A stretch of 64,000 nucleotides of DNA, taken from assembly GCA_041749375.1 (NCBI GenBank), contig JBGTBN010000020.1, forward strand, positions 21,828 to 85,827, read 5' to 3'. The DNA is from Spirochaetota bacterium (GTDB taxonomy: Bacteria; Spirochaetota; UBA4802; UBA5550). Each line of letters opens with the position of its first letter. Positions within the stretch are counted from its first letter, which is position 1. Under the pieces are notes generated by a model. That model saw only the letters and a list, made by a program, of their open reading frames with translations. It did no database searches and had not been told where the DNA came from. Positions 10,791-19,270 of this stretch are shown here, piece by piece. Both the position numbers and the translations under genes were made by a program.

Positions 10791-11753
10791 ATGAAGAATA
10801 ACGAATCACATCGCGCTGAATATGATCATTTCCGGATTTTCTACTCTGAAGTCCTGGCTGATGATTCGGGCTTCCCTCAGATCAGCAGGATCAAACCCAT
10901 ATTTGAAAATTTGACTCTTGATGAATTCATGGCCCTGGTTGAAAAGGTCTTCCAGAAGGATGACTACGAAATCACGACACAATTCTTCTATTTCCTTCTT
11001 CTGTTCCGCGATATGCCGCATTTGCAGCAATACATTAACTCGCCGGGTTTCGGCGCCTCGTATCTTGAGAAATTCATCATATTCGTATATGGCTTCTGTG
11101 CGCTGCATGACCAGACGGCGGGACGGATCCTTGACGATATACTCTATTTCATCTCAAGCGAACGTCTCCTGGAGCTTGCAATGAATTCTGTCTATGTTGC
11201 AAAGGACAAGCTCCTCCTCTTTTTCATCCTTACCAAGCTCGACACGAAAGAGCTCAACATGTATTTCGCCTCGATTAAAGATATCAACAGTTTCAAGATG
11301 AATTTCATGCGGCTGCCGGAAGAGATACTCAAAACGATGATATCGAGGAACTATCAGCTCTTTCAGTACATCATGATGCTGATGATGGACGGGGACTCCG
11401 AAGGAGACATGTACGCGGATTTTTTCAGCAAGTACCGTGGTGAGATCGAGCAGTTCAGCAAGCTGCATGACTTCATCCGCAAATATAAAAACGAGATGAC
11501 ATCCGAAACGGACCGGAATCGCCCGTTCAATAACAGGGACATGGGCCGGATATCATACCTGGTAAACATGATCAAGGACCTTCCCAACCCGGACAAGGCG
11601 ATACAGTATTTCAACAGCGAATCGATTTTTATTGATGATTTCGAGAAGAACATCATTCACGCAATGGTCACCAACCCGGTGATGAAAAACATCTTCCAGC
11701 ATAATGACGGAACGCACCGTACCGGCCGGGATACGAAAGCGCGTCACCGATGA
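10791..11753 (+). CDS. hypothetical protein (AT-rich, likely horizontally acquired)
   Basis: 320 aa ORF in a roughly 1.2-kb AT-rich island with codon usage unlike flanks; no recognisable domain. Confidence 0.5.
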   Translation: MKNNESHRAEYDHFRIFYSEVLADDSGFPQISRIKPIFENLTLDEFMALVEKVFQKDDYEITTQFFYFLLLFRDMPHLQQYINSPGFGASYLEKFIIFVYGFCALHDQTAGRILDDILYFISSERLLELAMNSVYVAKDKLLLFFILTKLDTKELNMYFASIKDINSFKMNFMRLPEEILKTMISRNYQLFQYIMMLMMDGDSEGDMYADFFSKYRGEIEQFSKLHDFIRKYKNEMTSETDRNRPFNNRDMGRISYLVNMIKDLPNPDKAIQYFNSESIFIDDFEKNIIHAMVTNPVMKNIFQHNDGTHRTGRDTKARHR

Positions 11754-11756
11754 AGC

Positions 11757-12881
11757 CTACAGGACGTGGTTCCGCGCGAAGGCAATCCGCTTCTTGATCG
11801 AGGGATGGCTGTAGAACATGAACTCGGTCACGGGGTTCGGGTTCCGGTCCGCGAGGTTCATGTCGGCGAGCTTTTCCATGGTCGAGATGAAAGCCTCCCG
11901 GTTGCGGGTTGCGTCCAGCGCGTACCGGTCGGCCTCCCGCTCATACAGTCGTGACAGCGCGTTCGAAAGCGGCATGGTGACCAGGCTGAACAGCGAGAGG
12001 TAGAGAAAGAGGACCGGGATCGCGGCAATCTCGGACACGTGGGCGTAGCCCATCGCTTCCAGCGTCAGCCGGTACAGCTCCCCGCACAGGAAAAATGAGA
12101 TAAAAATGCTTGCGCTCCCCAGCACGATCGACTTCACGATGTGGCGTTTCTTGTAGTGGCCCATCTCGTGCGCGAACACCACCGCTATCTCGTCCGCGGT
12201 GAAGTGCTCGATGAGGGTATCGCTCAGGATGATGCGCTTGCTCCGGCCCAGGCCCGTGAACCCGGCATTTGCCTTTTTCGTGTCCTTGCTCAGGTTGAAG
12301 GAATAGATCCCCCGGATGGAAATGCCCTGCCCCTCCAGCAGGCGCGTGATCCGCTCCCGTATCTCGTCCGACTCGAGCTCTTTGAACCTGTAGAAGATCG
12401 GGAAGATGATTACCGGTGCGATCCGCGCCAGGAACACCGAGATGAAGAATATGAACACGCTGAACCAGAGCCACCAGAACCAACCGGTAAACCTGAGGAA
12501 AACGAAGAATACCATCGCTACCGGCACGCCCACGACGATGCCGATCGCCGCGCCCTTGAGCTTTTCGATTAGCCAGGCGCCGAAGGTCTGGTTGGAGAGA
12601 TCGAACCTGTGCTCGATGACGAAGCCGCCGTAGAAATCGAAGGGAAAGCCGAGCACCGAATACATGGCGCCCACTGCCGTGATGAAAATGAAAAAGACCA
12701 GGTAATCGTTCGTTACGTACCGGGAGATACCGTCCACGATGTGCGGTGATATCCCGCTGAAGGCCAGGAACGCTATGATGACCAGGTTGAGAATCATGTC
12801 CGAGATGGAGAGACGGAGCTTGATCGCGTTATATGCTTTTTCGCGGGAGGGTTTCATCGCGGTTTGCCGGGGTTCGTCCAT
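11757..12881 (-). CDS. M48 family zinc metallopeptidase (Ste24/HtpX-like)
   Basis: HEMGH zinc-binding motif, multiple TM helices. Confidence 0.8.
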   Translation of the reverse strand: MDEPRQTAMKPSREKAYNAIKLRLSISDMILNLVIIAFLAFSGISPHIVDGISRYVTNDYLVFFIFITAVGAMYSVLGFPFDFYGGFVIEHRFDLSNQTFGAWLIEKLKGAAIGIVVGVPVAMVFFVFLRFTGWFWWLWFSVFIFFISVFLARIAPVIIFPIFYRFKELESDEIRERITRLLEGQGISIRGIYSFNLSKDTKKANAGFTGLGRSKRIILSDTLIEHFTADEIAVVFAHEMGHYKKRHIVKSIVLGSASIFISFFLCGELYRLTLEAMGYAHVSEIAAIPVLFLYLSLFSLVTMPLSNALSRLYEREADRYALDATRNREAFISTMEKLADMNLADRNPNPVTEFMFYSHPSIKKRIAFARNHVL

Positions 12882-12899
12882 GACGCTCTGCCTCGTGGC

Positions 12900-13295
12900 T
12901 CAGTCCCTTTCGGAATTGTACCCGCAGGATTCGTTGCGCCTCCTCCTGAAAAACAAGGCAAGGCGGTCTCCGTAGCGGACAACGGCGAAGAAGAGGAGCA
13001 CGGCAGAGAGGGTGGCAACAGACGCGCTCGCCCTGGGGCCCGCGCACGCGGAGAGGCAGATCGATCCGGTAACGAGCCAGTCGAGCAGGCCGAGCACAGC
13101 GCCGCTTGCGATCCGTCCCCTCTTCCCGAAGTTGAAGTAGCCGGCCAGGACAACCGCCACCAGGAGGCATACGATAAATACGAGCGCGGCGGCGACATAG
13201 GGATTGTCGGTCTTCATGGCGCCGTTCGGTCCCTGCTCGGCAACCGCCATGAGAGGAAACGACGCCAGAGGTATGAGGTAGATAAGCCTGTTCAT
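12900..13295 (-). CDS. small membrane protein, hypothetical
   Basis: 131 aa, 3 hydrophobic helices. Confidence 0.4.
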   Translation of the reverse strand: MNRLIYLIPLASFPLMAVAEQGPNGAMKTDNPYVAAALVFIVCLLVAVVLAGYFNFGKRGRIASGAVLGLLDWLVTGSICLSACAGPRASASVATLSAVLLFFAVVRYGDRLALFFRRRRNESCGYNSERD

Positions 13296-13317
13296 CGAGG
13301 TGCACCCCGTTCGCGCA

Positions 13318-13908
13318 TTATGCAGGAGCCTGCGCCGATGCCTTGAGCTCCCTTCCTAACTTGAAGGCCTTCAGGTTCATGTCGACGAACTTTTCCTTCA
13401 CGAGGGACCTGATGGCCTTCTCCCACTGCTCCTCGGTAAATTCGAGGCTGTTGGAAAGGACACCCAGCATGACGATATTAAGCGCCTTGCGGGTGCCAAC
13501 CTCTTTTAAGATGGCGCCCGTGTCAACAAATAATGCATTTTTCACGTTTTTGCTCACCCACTCCCTGATATCGGCCGGGTACTTCATAACGCCGGTCTCC
13601 ACCGGGGCCGGGTTAACCTGATCCAGGTTGACGATCAGCGTTCCATCCGGCGACAGGTACTCGAGCTTCCGGATCACTTCAAGCGTCTCGAGGCTCACGA
13701 TGAAATCCGCCTCCTCGCGGGGAATAAGCGGGGAGTAGACCTTTTCGCCGTACCGCACGTTGCAGTCGACGCTGCCGCCCCGCTGGGCCATTCCGTGCAC
13801 CTCCGATTCCTTGACGTCGTACCCGGCGTTCATCGCCACTTCCATCAGGATCTTGCTCGCCAGGATGACTCCCTGGCCGCCGACTCCGGCGAATATCACG
13901 TTCTTCAT
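13318..13908 (-). CDS. iorB: indolepyruvate ferredoxin oxidoreductase beta subunit
   Basis: N-terminal IFAGVGGQGV, pyruvate/ketoisovalerate oxidoreductase gamma-type domain; 8 nt downstream of iorA. Confidence 0.8.
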   Translation of the reverse strand: MKNVIFAGVGGQGVILASKILMEVAMNAGYDVKESEVHGMAQRGGSVDCNVRYGEKVYSPLIPREEADFIVSLETLEVIRKLEYLSPDGTLIVNLDQVNPAPVETGVMKYPADIREWVSKNVKNALFVDTGAILKEVGTRKALNIVMLGVLSNSLEFTEEQWEKAIRSLVKEKFVDMNLKAFKLGRELKASAQAPA

Positions 13909-13918
13909 GCCCGGTACC

Positions 13919-15481
13919 TCACTTTATCAGGATGCATTTTCTGTTGGATATGATCACCGACGGCTCAGGCGCGGCGACCTCCTCGCGCACGACCTTCTCG
14001 AACGCGTCCATGTCTTTCGGGTCGATCACAACGACCCGCTTCACGCCGATCGCCCTCACCAGCAGTTCGAGGTCGAGCGAATGCGTCTCCTCGCCCATCA
14101 GGGTGCGCCCGGTGGCGGGGTGGTCCTGGTGCCCGGTCATGGCCGTACCGCTGTTGTCCAGTATTATAACCGTGCCGGTCCCCCGGTTGTACACCAGGTC
14201 GATCAGCGGCGTAATGCCCGAGTGCACGAAGGTCGAGTCGCCGATAACGGCCACGCTCTTCCGCGCCATCTCCGGCCCGTGCGCCTTCTCCATGCCCAGG
14301 TGCATGCCGATGCCGGCGCCCATGCAGCCCTGGGTGTGCATCGCCGAATAAGGCGGGAGCGCGGCCAGGGTGTAACAGCCGATGTCGCCGTTCACGTTCA
14401 GGTCAAGCTTGCCGAGGACGGTGAACACGAACCCGTGCGGGCAGCCCTTGCAGAGAGCCGGCGGCCGGGGCGGCACCGGGTTGGTGTCGTATTTCGGGTA
14501 CGCGCCGGCGCGCTTCTTCCCGTTCATGGCCGCGTCGACGATGTCCGGCGTCAGCTCTAAACAGATCGGGATGATCTCCTTCCCGGTGCAGGGTATCCCG
14601 AGCGCCTTGACGTAGTCCTCGATGAAGGGGTCGAGCTCTTCGACCACGAAAAGCTTCTCCACGCCCGCGGCAAACTCCCTGATCAGGTCGTCCGGCAGGG
14701 GCCAGACCATGCCTATCTTCAACACTGAATCGTCCGGGCAGGTCTCCTTCACGTACTGGTAGGCGACGCTGTCGGTGATTATGCCGCGTTTTTTGCTTGC
14801 GCCCCACTCGATCCGGTTGAGGCCGCTCTTGTTGGAATATTCCTTCAGCTTGATATGCTGCTCCTCGATGAACACGTGGCGGGGCCGCGCGTGCACCGGC
14901 AGCATGACGTATTTCTGGAAGTTGCGCACAAAGGGCTTTACCGGCACGTTCTTCCTTTCGCCCAGCTCCACGATCCCCTGGGAGTGCGCGATACGAGTGG
15001 TGATCCGGACGATAACCGGCCGGTCATACTGCTCGGACAGGTCGAAGGCGAGCTTCACGAATTCCTTGCATTCGGAAGGGCTCGACGGTTCGATCATGGG
15101 CACCTTTGCCGCGCGGGCCATGTGCCGGTTGTCCTGCTCGTTCTGCGAGCTCCAGGCGCTCGGGTCGTCGGCGTTGATGATTACGAACCCACCGTTCACC
15201 CCGGTGTAGGAAAAGGTGAAGAGCGGATCGGCCGCAACGTTCAGGCCGACGTGCTTCATCGCGGCAAGGGCGCGCGCCCCGGCCACGGACGCGCCCGCGG
15301 CGACCTCCAGGGCCACTTTCTCGTTCGGCGACCACTGGGCCTTGATGTCGCGGTAATCCCGCGCGATTGTTTCCAGGATCTCGGTGCTCGGCGTCCCGGG
15401 GTACGCCGTGGCAACATGGCACCCGGCCTCGTACGCTCCGCGCGCGATGGCTTCGTTGCCCAGCAGGACCTTTTTCTCCAT
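13919..15481 (-). CDS. iorA: indolepyruvate ferredoxin oxidoreductase alpha subunit (short form)
   Basis: N-terminus LLGNEAIARGAYEAGCHVATAYPGTPSTEI; TPP-binding GDS region; ends without a C-terminal dicluster ferredoxin domain. Confidence 0.8.
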   Translation of the reverse strand: MEKKVLLGNEAIARGAYEAGCHVATAYPGTPSTEILETIARDYRDIKAQWSPNEKVALEVAAGASVAGARALAAMKHVGLNVAADPLFTFSYTGVNGGFVIINADDPSAWSSQNEQDNRHMARAAKVPMIEPSSPSECKEFVKLAFDLSEQYDRPVIVRITTRIAHSQGIVELGERKNVPVKPFVRNFQKYVMLPVHARPRHVFIEEQHIKLKEYSNKSGLNRIEWGASKKRGIITDSVAYQYVKETCPDDSVLKIGMVWPLPDDLIREFAAGVEKLFVVEELDPFIEDYVKALGIPCTGKEIIPICLELTPDIVDAAMNGKKRAGAYPKYDTNPVPPRPPALCKGCPHGFVFTVLGKLDLNVNGDIGCYTLAALPPYSAMHTQGCMGAGIGMHLGMEKAHGPEMARKSVAVIGDSTFVHSGITPLIDLVYNRGTGTVIILDNSGTAMTGHQDHPATGRTLMGEETHSLDLELLVRAIGVKRVVVIDPKDMDAFEKVVREEVAAPEPSVIISNRKCILIK

Positions 15482-15550
15482 TGTATTCTCCGAATTCTTG
15501 ATTGAACGGCGCGACGGGGCAGCGCCCCGCCTTCCCGTCAGTCGTGTCTG

Positions 15551-15979
15551 TTACCCGATAATATCGATACTCTTGACGATCTGGTACCCTTCCTGGGCCA
15601 GGGCCTTCTTGGCCGTCTCGATGTCGTCAAAGCGGAAGATCATGACAGCCCTGTCGCCCCGCTTCTCTGTGAAGGCGTACATGTACTCGATGTTAAGCTT
15701 GTTCTTCGCGAACGCGTCTATCGCCTTGAAAAGGGAGCCCGGCTTGTCGTCGAGCTCGACGGCCAGGACCTCGGTGGACGAGCAGGTGATGCGTGCGTCT
15801 TGCAGGACCTTTTTCGCCTTTTCCGAGTCGTTCACGATCATCCGCAAAATGCCGAAGTCGGACGTCTCGGCTATGGTCAGCGTTACGATGTTGATATTCG
15901 CGTCGGTCAGTATCTTCAGCACGCTCTGAAGATGACCCGGTTTGTTTTCCATGAATACCGAGAGTTGAGTTACGTTCAT
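15551..15979 (-). CDS. ACT domain protein
   Basis: Two ACT repeats; typical partner of PaaK-like ligases. Confidence 0.75.
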   Translation of the reverse strand: MNVTQLSVFMENKPGHLQSVLKILTDANINIVTLTIAETSDFGILRMIVNDSEKAKKVLQDARITCSSTEVLAVELDDKPGSLFKAIDAFAKNKLNIEYMYAFTEKRGDRAVMIFRFDDIETAKKALAQEGYQIVKSIDIIG

Positions 15980-16036
15980 TGTGATCCTCCATGTGACTTT
16001 TTATTATTATCAAGCATCTAAGACCTCATCCCCCGT

Positions 16037-16062
16037 CCCCCTTCTCCCCAAGGAGAAGGGGG
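16037..16062. repeat. GC-rich palindrome CCCCCTTCTCC-ccaa-GGAGAAGGGGG flanking DUF559 cassette (3' side)
   Basis: perfect 11-bp arms read directly. Confidence 0.7.
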
Positions 16063-16074
16063 AGAGCAGGAATG

Positions 16075-16446
16075 TCACTCTATCCCCTTTAATTTATCAC
16101 TTATCAATTTTTTATTATTAAATACATCCTCATTATTAAATCTTAAAATTTTTAAACCCCTCAATCGCAGAATCTCATCGCGTTCTTTATCATATTCAAC
16201 TTGTCTTTCAGAATCATGAATTCCACCATCTATCTCAACACATAGACTGTGCGTATCACAATAAAAATCTACTACAAATCCGTCTATTACCTGTTGCCGT
16301 CTGAATTTTAAGCCATGCATCCGTTTATTTCTGACCATTTCCCAAAACTCAGTTTCCGCTGGGGTCATGGTTTTTCGAAGATCACGGGACAGCATGACTT
16401 TATCAGGTGATACTTTCTGGAATTTTATTATCCCTTTTTTCTCCAT
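16075..16446 (-). CDS. DUF559 endonuclease-domain protein (Vsr/PD-(D/E)xK-like)
   Basis: LKFRRQ...DFYC...EIDGGIHD...ILRF motifs; AT-rich cassette; ORF-track N-terminal extension (to 16566) overlaps paaK 3' end and the upstream palindrome, so start placed at MEKKG. Confidence 0.7.
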   Translation of the reverse strand: MEKKGIIKFQKVSPDKVMLSRDLRKTMTPAETEFWEMVRNKRMHGLKFRRQQVIDGFVVDFYCDTHSLCVEIDGGIHDSERQVEYDKERDEILRLRGLKILRFNNEDVFNNKKLISDKLKGIE

Positions 16447-16473
16447 TATACCTTCACGAATACTTATCATCAT

Positions 16474-16498
16474 CCCCCTCTCCCCTGGGGAGAGGGGG
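16474..16498. repeat. GC-rich palindrome CCCCCTCTCCCC-t-GGGGAGAGGGGG flanking DUF559 cassette (5' side)
   Basis: perfect 12-bp arms; similar to element at 16037-16062. Confidence 0.7.
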
Positions 16499-16513
16499 AC
16501 CGAGGGGGTGAGG

Positions 16514-17818
16514 TCATATCTTTCTCCGGTCCACCACCCGCACGGCCTTGCCCTCGCTCCGGGCAATGGTCATGGGCTCCACGAGCGATATCTTGGCGGA
16601 TATGCCGAGCACGCTCCGGAACCGGTCGGAGATTCGCTTTTTCAGATCATCCAGTACCTTCACCTCGTCGGAGAAGAGCTTCTCGTTCACCTCGACCATG
16701 ACCTCCACGTCGTCCAGGGCCGCCTTGCGGTCCAGGATGATCTGGTAGTGCGGCTCGGTCCCCTCGACCTCCATGAGCACGTTCTCGATCTGGGACGGGA
16801 ACACATTCACGCCGCGGATGATGAGCATGTCGTCGGAGCGTCCGGAGACCTTGTCCATCTTCACCAGGGTGCGACCGCACTTGCACGGCTCGCGGTAGAG
16901 GCGGGTGATGTCGCGCGAACGGTACCGGATGCCGGGAAAGGCCTCCTTGGTAATGGTCGTGTACACGATCTCGCCCTTCTCCCCTTCCGGAAGTATGTCA
17001 CCGGTCTCGGGGTCGATGACCTCGACGTAGAAGTGGTCCTCGTGCACGTGCAGGCCCGACTTCTCCTGGCACTCGCACGACACGCCGGGGCCGATGACCT
17101 CCGACAGTCCGTAGATGTCGTAGGCCTGTATGCCGAGCCGGGACTCGATCTCCTTGCGCATGGCCTCGGACCAGGGCTCGGCGCCCAGGATGCCGGCCCT
17201 GAGCTTCGTCTTGCGGATGTCGTAATCGGGACGCTTCTTTTCGATGAAATCAGCTATGCTCAGGAGATACGACGGCGTGCAGGCGATCATGGTCGTGCCG
17301 AAGTCCTTGATCAGCATGAGCTGCCGTTCGGTGTTCCCGCCGGATATGGGTACGGTCAGCGCGCCGATCAACTCCGAGCCGTAGTGGAGTCCCAGTCCGC
17401 CGGTGAAAAGCCCGTAGCCGTACGCGACCTGGATAACGTCCTTCTCCGTGGCGCCGTAGGCCACCAGGCAGCGCGCCACACACTCGGCGAATATCTCCAC
17501 GTCCTTCTTTGTGTAGCCCACTACCGTGGCATTGCCGGTGGTACCGGACGACGAATGCACGCGCACGACCTTCTCCATCGGCATGGCGAAGAGCCCGAAG
17601 GGATAGTTATTGCGCATGTCCTGCTTGGTCAGGAACGGGACCCGCTTCATGTCGTCCAGCGTCTTGAGCTGGTCCGGGTGGAACCCGGCGTCGTCGTATT
17701 TCTTCTTATAGAAGGCGTTGTTCTTGTACGCGTGGCCAGTGGCCCACCTGAGCCGCTCGAGCTGCAGCTCCCTCATCTTTTTCAACGGCATTGTTTCTAT
17801 TTCTTTATTGAAATACAT
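16514..17818 (-). CDS. phenylacetate-CoA ligase family (PaaK-like aryl-acyl-CoA ligase)
   Basis: HSSSGTTG AMP-binding motif, PaaK/F390 synthetase length and C-terminal domain. Confidence 0.85.
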   Translation of the reverse strand: MYFNKEIETMPLKKMRELQLERLRWATGHAYKNNAFYKKKYDDAGFHPDQLKTLDDMKRVPFLTKQDMRNNYPFGLFAMPMEKVVRVHSSSGTTGNATVVGYTKKDVEIFAECVARCLVAYGATEKDVIQVAYGYGLFTGGLGLHYGSELIGALTVPISGGNTERQLMLIKDFGTTMIACTPSYLLSIADFIEKKRPDYDIRKTKLRAGILGAEPWSEAMRKEIESRLGIQAYDIYGLSEVIGPGVSCECQEKSGLHVHEDHFYVEVIDPETGDILPEGEKGEIVYTTITKEAFPGIRYRSRDITRLYREPCKCGRTLVKMDKVSGRSDDMLIIRGVNVFPSQIENVLMEVEGTEPHYQIILDRKAALDDVEVMVEVNEKLFSDEVKVLDDLKKRISDRFRSVLGISAKISLVEPMTIARSEGKAVRVVDRRKI

Positions 17819-18062
17819 CGCGTCCCCCTGATTGGTATATTATGTCACGAATAAATCAGCGGTTTATTTCATGGCGGCGCCCCCGGGCGCCAGAATACAC
17901 AATAGAGAATGTGGCGATCTTTTTTCAAGGAAAAAATATCGCACGATGCCTCTCGTCAGCCGCATCGGGAAGCGTGATATGTTATTAGTATTGACACTGC
18001 GCGGTTGCCATGATACCCGGAGGGCAATGCGTGCAATAGCTCTTTCCCGGAGGGACATTACG

Positions 18063-19103
18063 ATGAAAACGTCCAGAAAAATTGTTATCGCAGCCGCTTT
18101 CGCGGCGGTCGTACCGCTGGCGATAATCATCGCCTCGGTCATCATGAGCCCCTGGTGGGCCGGCAGCAGGCTTGCCGCAGCGCGGGGCCTGGAGCGGCCC
18201 CTTGCCATCGCCCACCGCGGCGCCTCGTTTTACGCGCCGGAGCTGACGCTGCCGTCATTCGCCCTTGCGCGCGACATCGGCGCGGATTACGTCGAGACCG
18301 ACGTGCAGCGGACGCGCGACGGCGTGCTTATCAATTTCCATGACGACAACCTCTCCCGCACCACGAACGCGGCGGAGGTGTTCCCCGGGCGGGAGAAGGA
18401 CCCGGTCGGGAGCTTTACATGGGCGGAGCTGCAGAGGCTGGACGCGGGATCCTGGTTCAACAGGGAACACCCGGACCGCGCGATGAAGGGCTTCGCGGGA
18501 ACGAAGATCCCATCGTTCAAAGAGTACGTCTCCCTGCTCTCGTCCGGAAGGAACAGGCCAGGGCTCATGATCGAGCTGAAGCAGCCGGATAAGTATCCCG
18601 GCATCGAGGCGGAGGTGCTTGCTGTACTGCGCGCCGGGGGCCTGCTTGACGACAGCAACAGGGTCATCGCGCTCGCCCCGGGGAAGGACGGCGCGGGCCG
18701 CGTCACGGTCGGCCTCGGCGGTCGGAGAGTGATACTGCAGAGCTTCGATGCACGGTCACTCGCCCGGCTGAAGCGGCTGGCCCCCTCCATCATGCGGAAC
18801 TACCTGGTCGACGTGGAGGACAGGGACAAGGCCGGGAGCTTCGCCGCCCTGCTTGAAACGGCCCGGTCGCTCGGCGCGGAGATAGGCCCGAGCGGCTACC
18901 TCGCCTATCCCTGGTATGTCGGCCCAGCGCACCGCGCGTGCAGGGTCGTGTTCGTGTACACGATCGACAAGACCTGGCACTTCATGCTCTTCACCTTCTT
19001 CGGCATAGACGGCATGATAACCAACCGGTGCGATTCATATCTCGAGTTCCTTGACCGCACTGTGTATGCGCCCCCGGCAGAGCTGCTGAAGCCTTACCGA
19101 TAG
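18063..19103 (+). CDS. glycerophosphodiester phosphodiesterase family protein
   Basis: HRGAS...E(T)D(V)...HD GDPD motifs; N-terminal TM/signal; ORF-track upstream extension lacks support. Confidence 0.8.
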   Translation: MKTSRKIVIAAAFAAVVPLAIIIASVIMSPWWAGSRLAAARGLERPLAIAHRGASFYAPELTLPSFALARDIGADYVETDVQRTRDGVLINFHDDNLSRTTNAAEVFPGREKDPVGSFTWAELQRLDAGSWFNREHPDRAMKGFAGTKIPSFKEYVSLLSSGRNRPGLMIELKQPDKYPGIEAEVLAVLRAGGLLDDSNRVIALAPGKDGAGRVTVGLGGRRVILQSFDARSLARLKRLAPSIMRNYLVDVEDRDKAGSFAALLETARSLGAEIGPSGYLAYPWYVGPAHRACRVVFVYTIDKTWHFMLFTFFGIDGMITNRCDSYLEFLDRTVYAPPAELLKPYR

Positions 19104-19150
19104 GCATCCCTGCAGGCATTCGAATTGTGATGCAACAACCAAAATAAAAA

Positions 19151-19168
19151 AGCCGGGTCCCCCCGGCT
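19151..19168 (-). terminator. rho-independent terminator hairpin (AGCCGGG-tccc-CCCGGCT) with U-tract on minus strand
   Basis: hairpin preceded by A-run 19141-19150 on plus strand. Confidence 0.55.
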
Positions 19169-19179
19169 GCGAAATAAAA

Positions 19180-19217
19180 GGCCGGCCGGCGGGAGGTTGC
19201 TTCCTCCGGCCGGCCGG
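19180..19217 (-). terminator. GC-rich hairpin downstream of OmpA-like gene
   Basis: near-perfect inverted repeat GGCCGGCCGGCGGGAGG/CCTCCGGCCGGCCGG. Confidence 0.45.
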
Positions 19218-19270
19218 GTCATAGATGGGTGCCTTAGAGCGGCAGTGATATGATATATTTCATCTGCGGA

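Noticed and set aside
16367-16566. Longer DUF559 ORF starting at 16566 (MPGARARPCGWW...)
   Set aside because: The extension overlaps the paaK 3' end and is a translation of the GC-rich palindrome; the conserved DUF559 domain and an RBS-like GAAGGT fit the ATG at 16446.
17832-18062. N-terminal extension of the GDPD gene to 17832
   Set aside because: It would start 14 nt after the paaK stop on the opposite strand with no RBS; the hydrophobic MKTSRKIVIAAAFAAV signal-like start at 18063 is a better fit.
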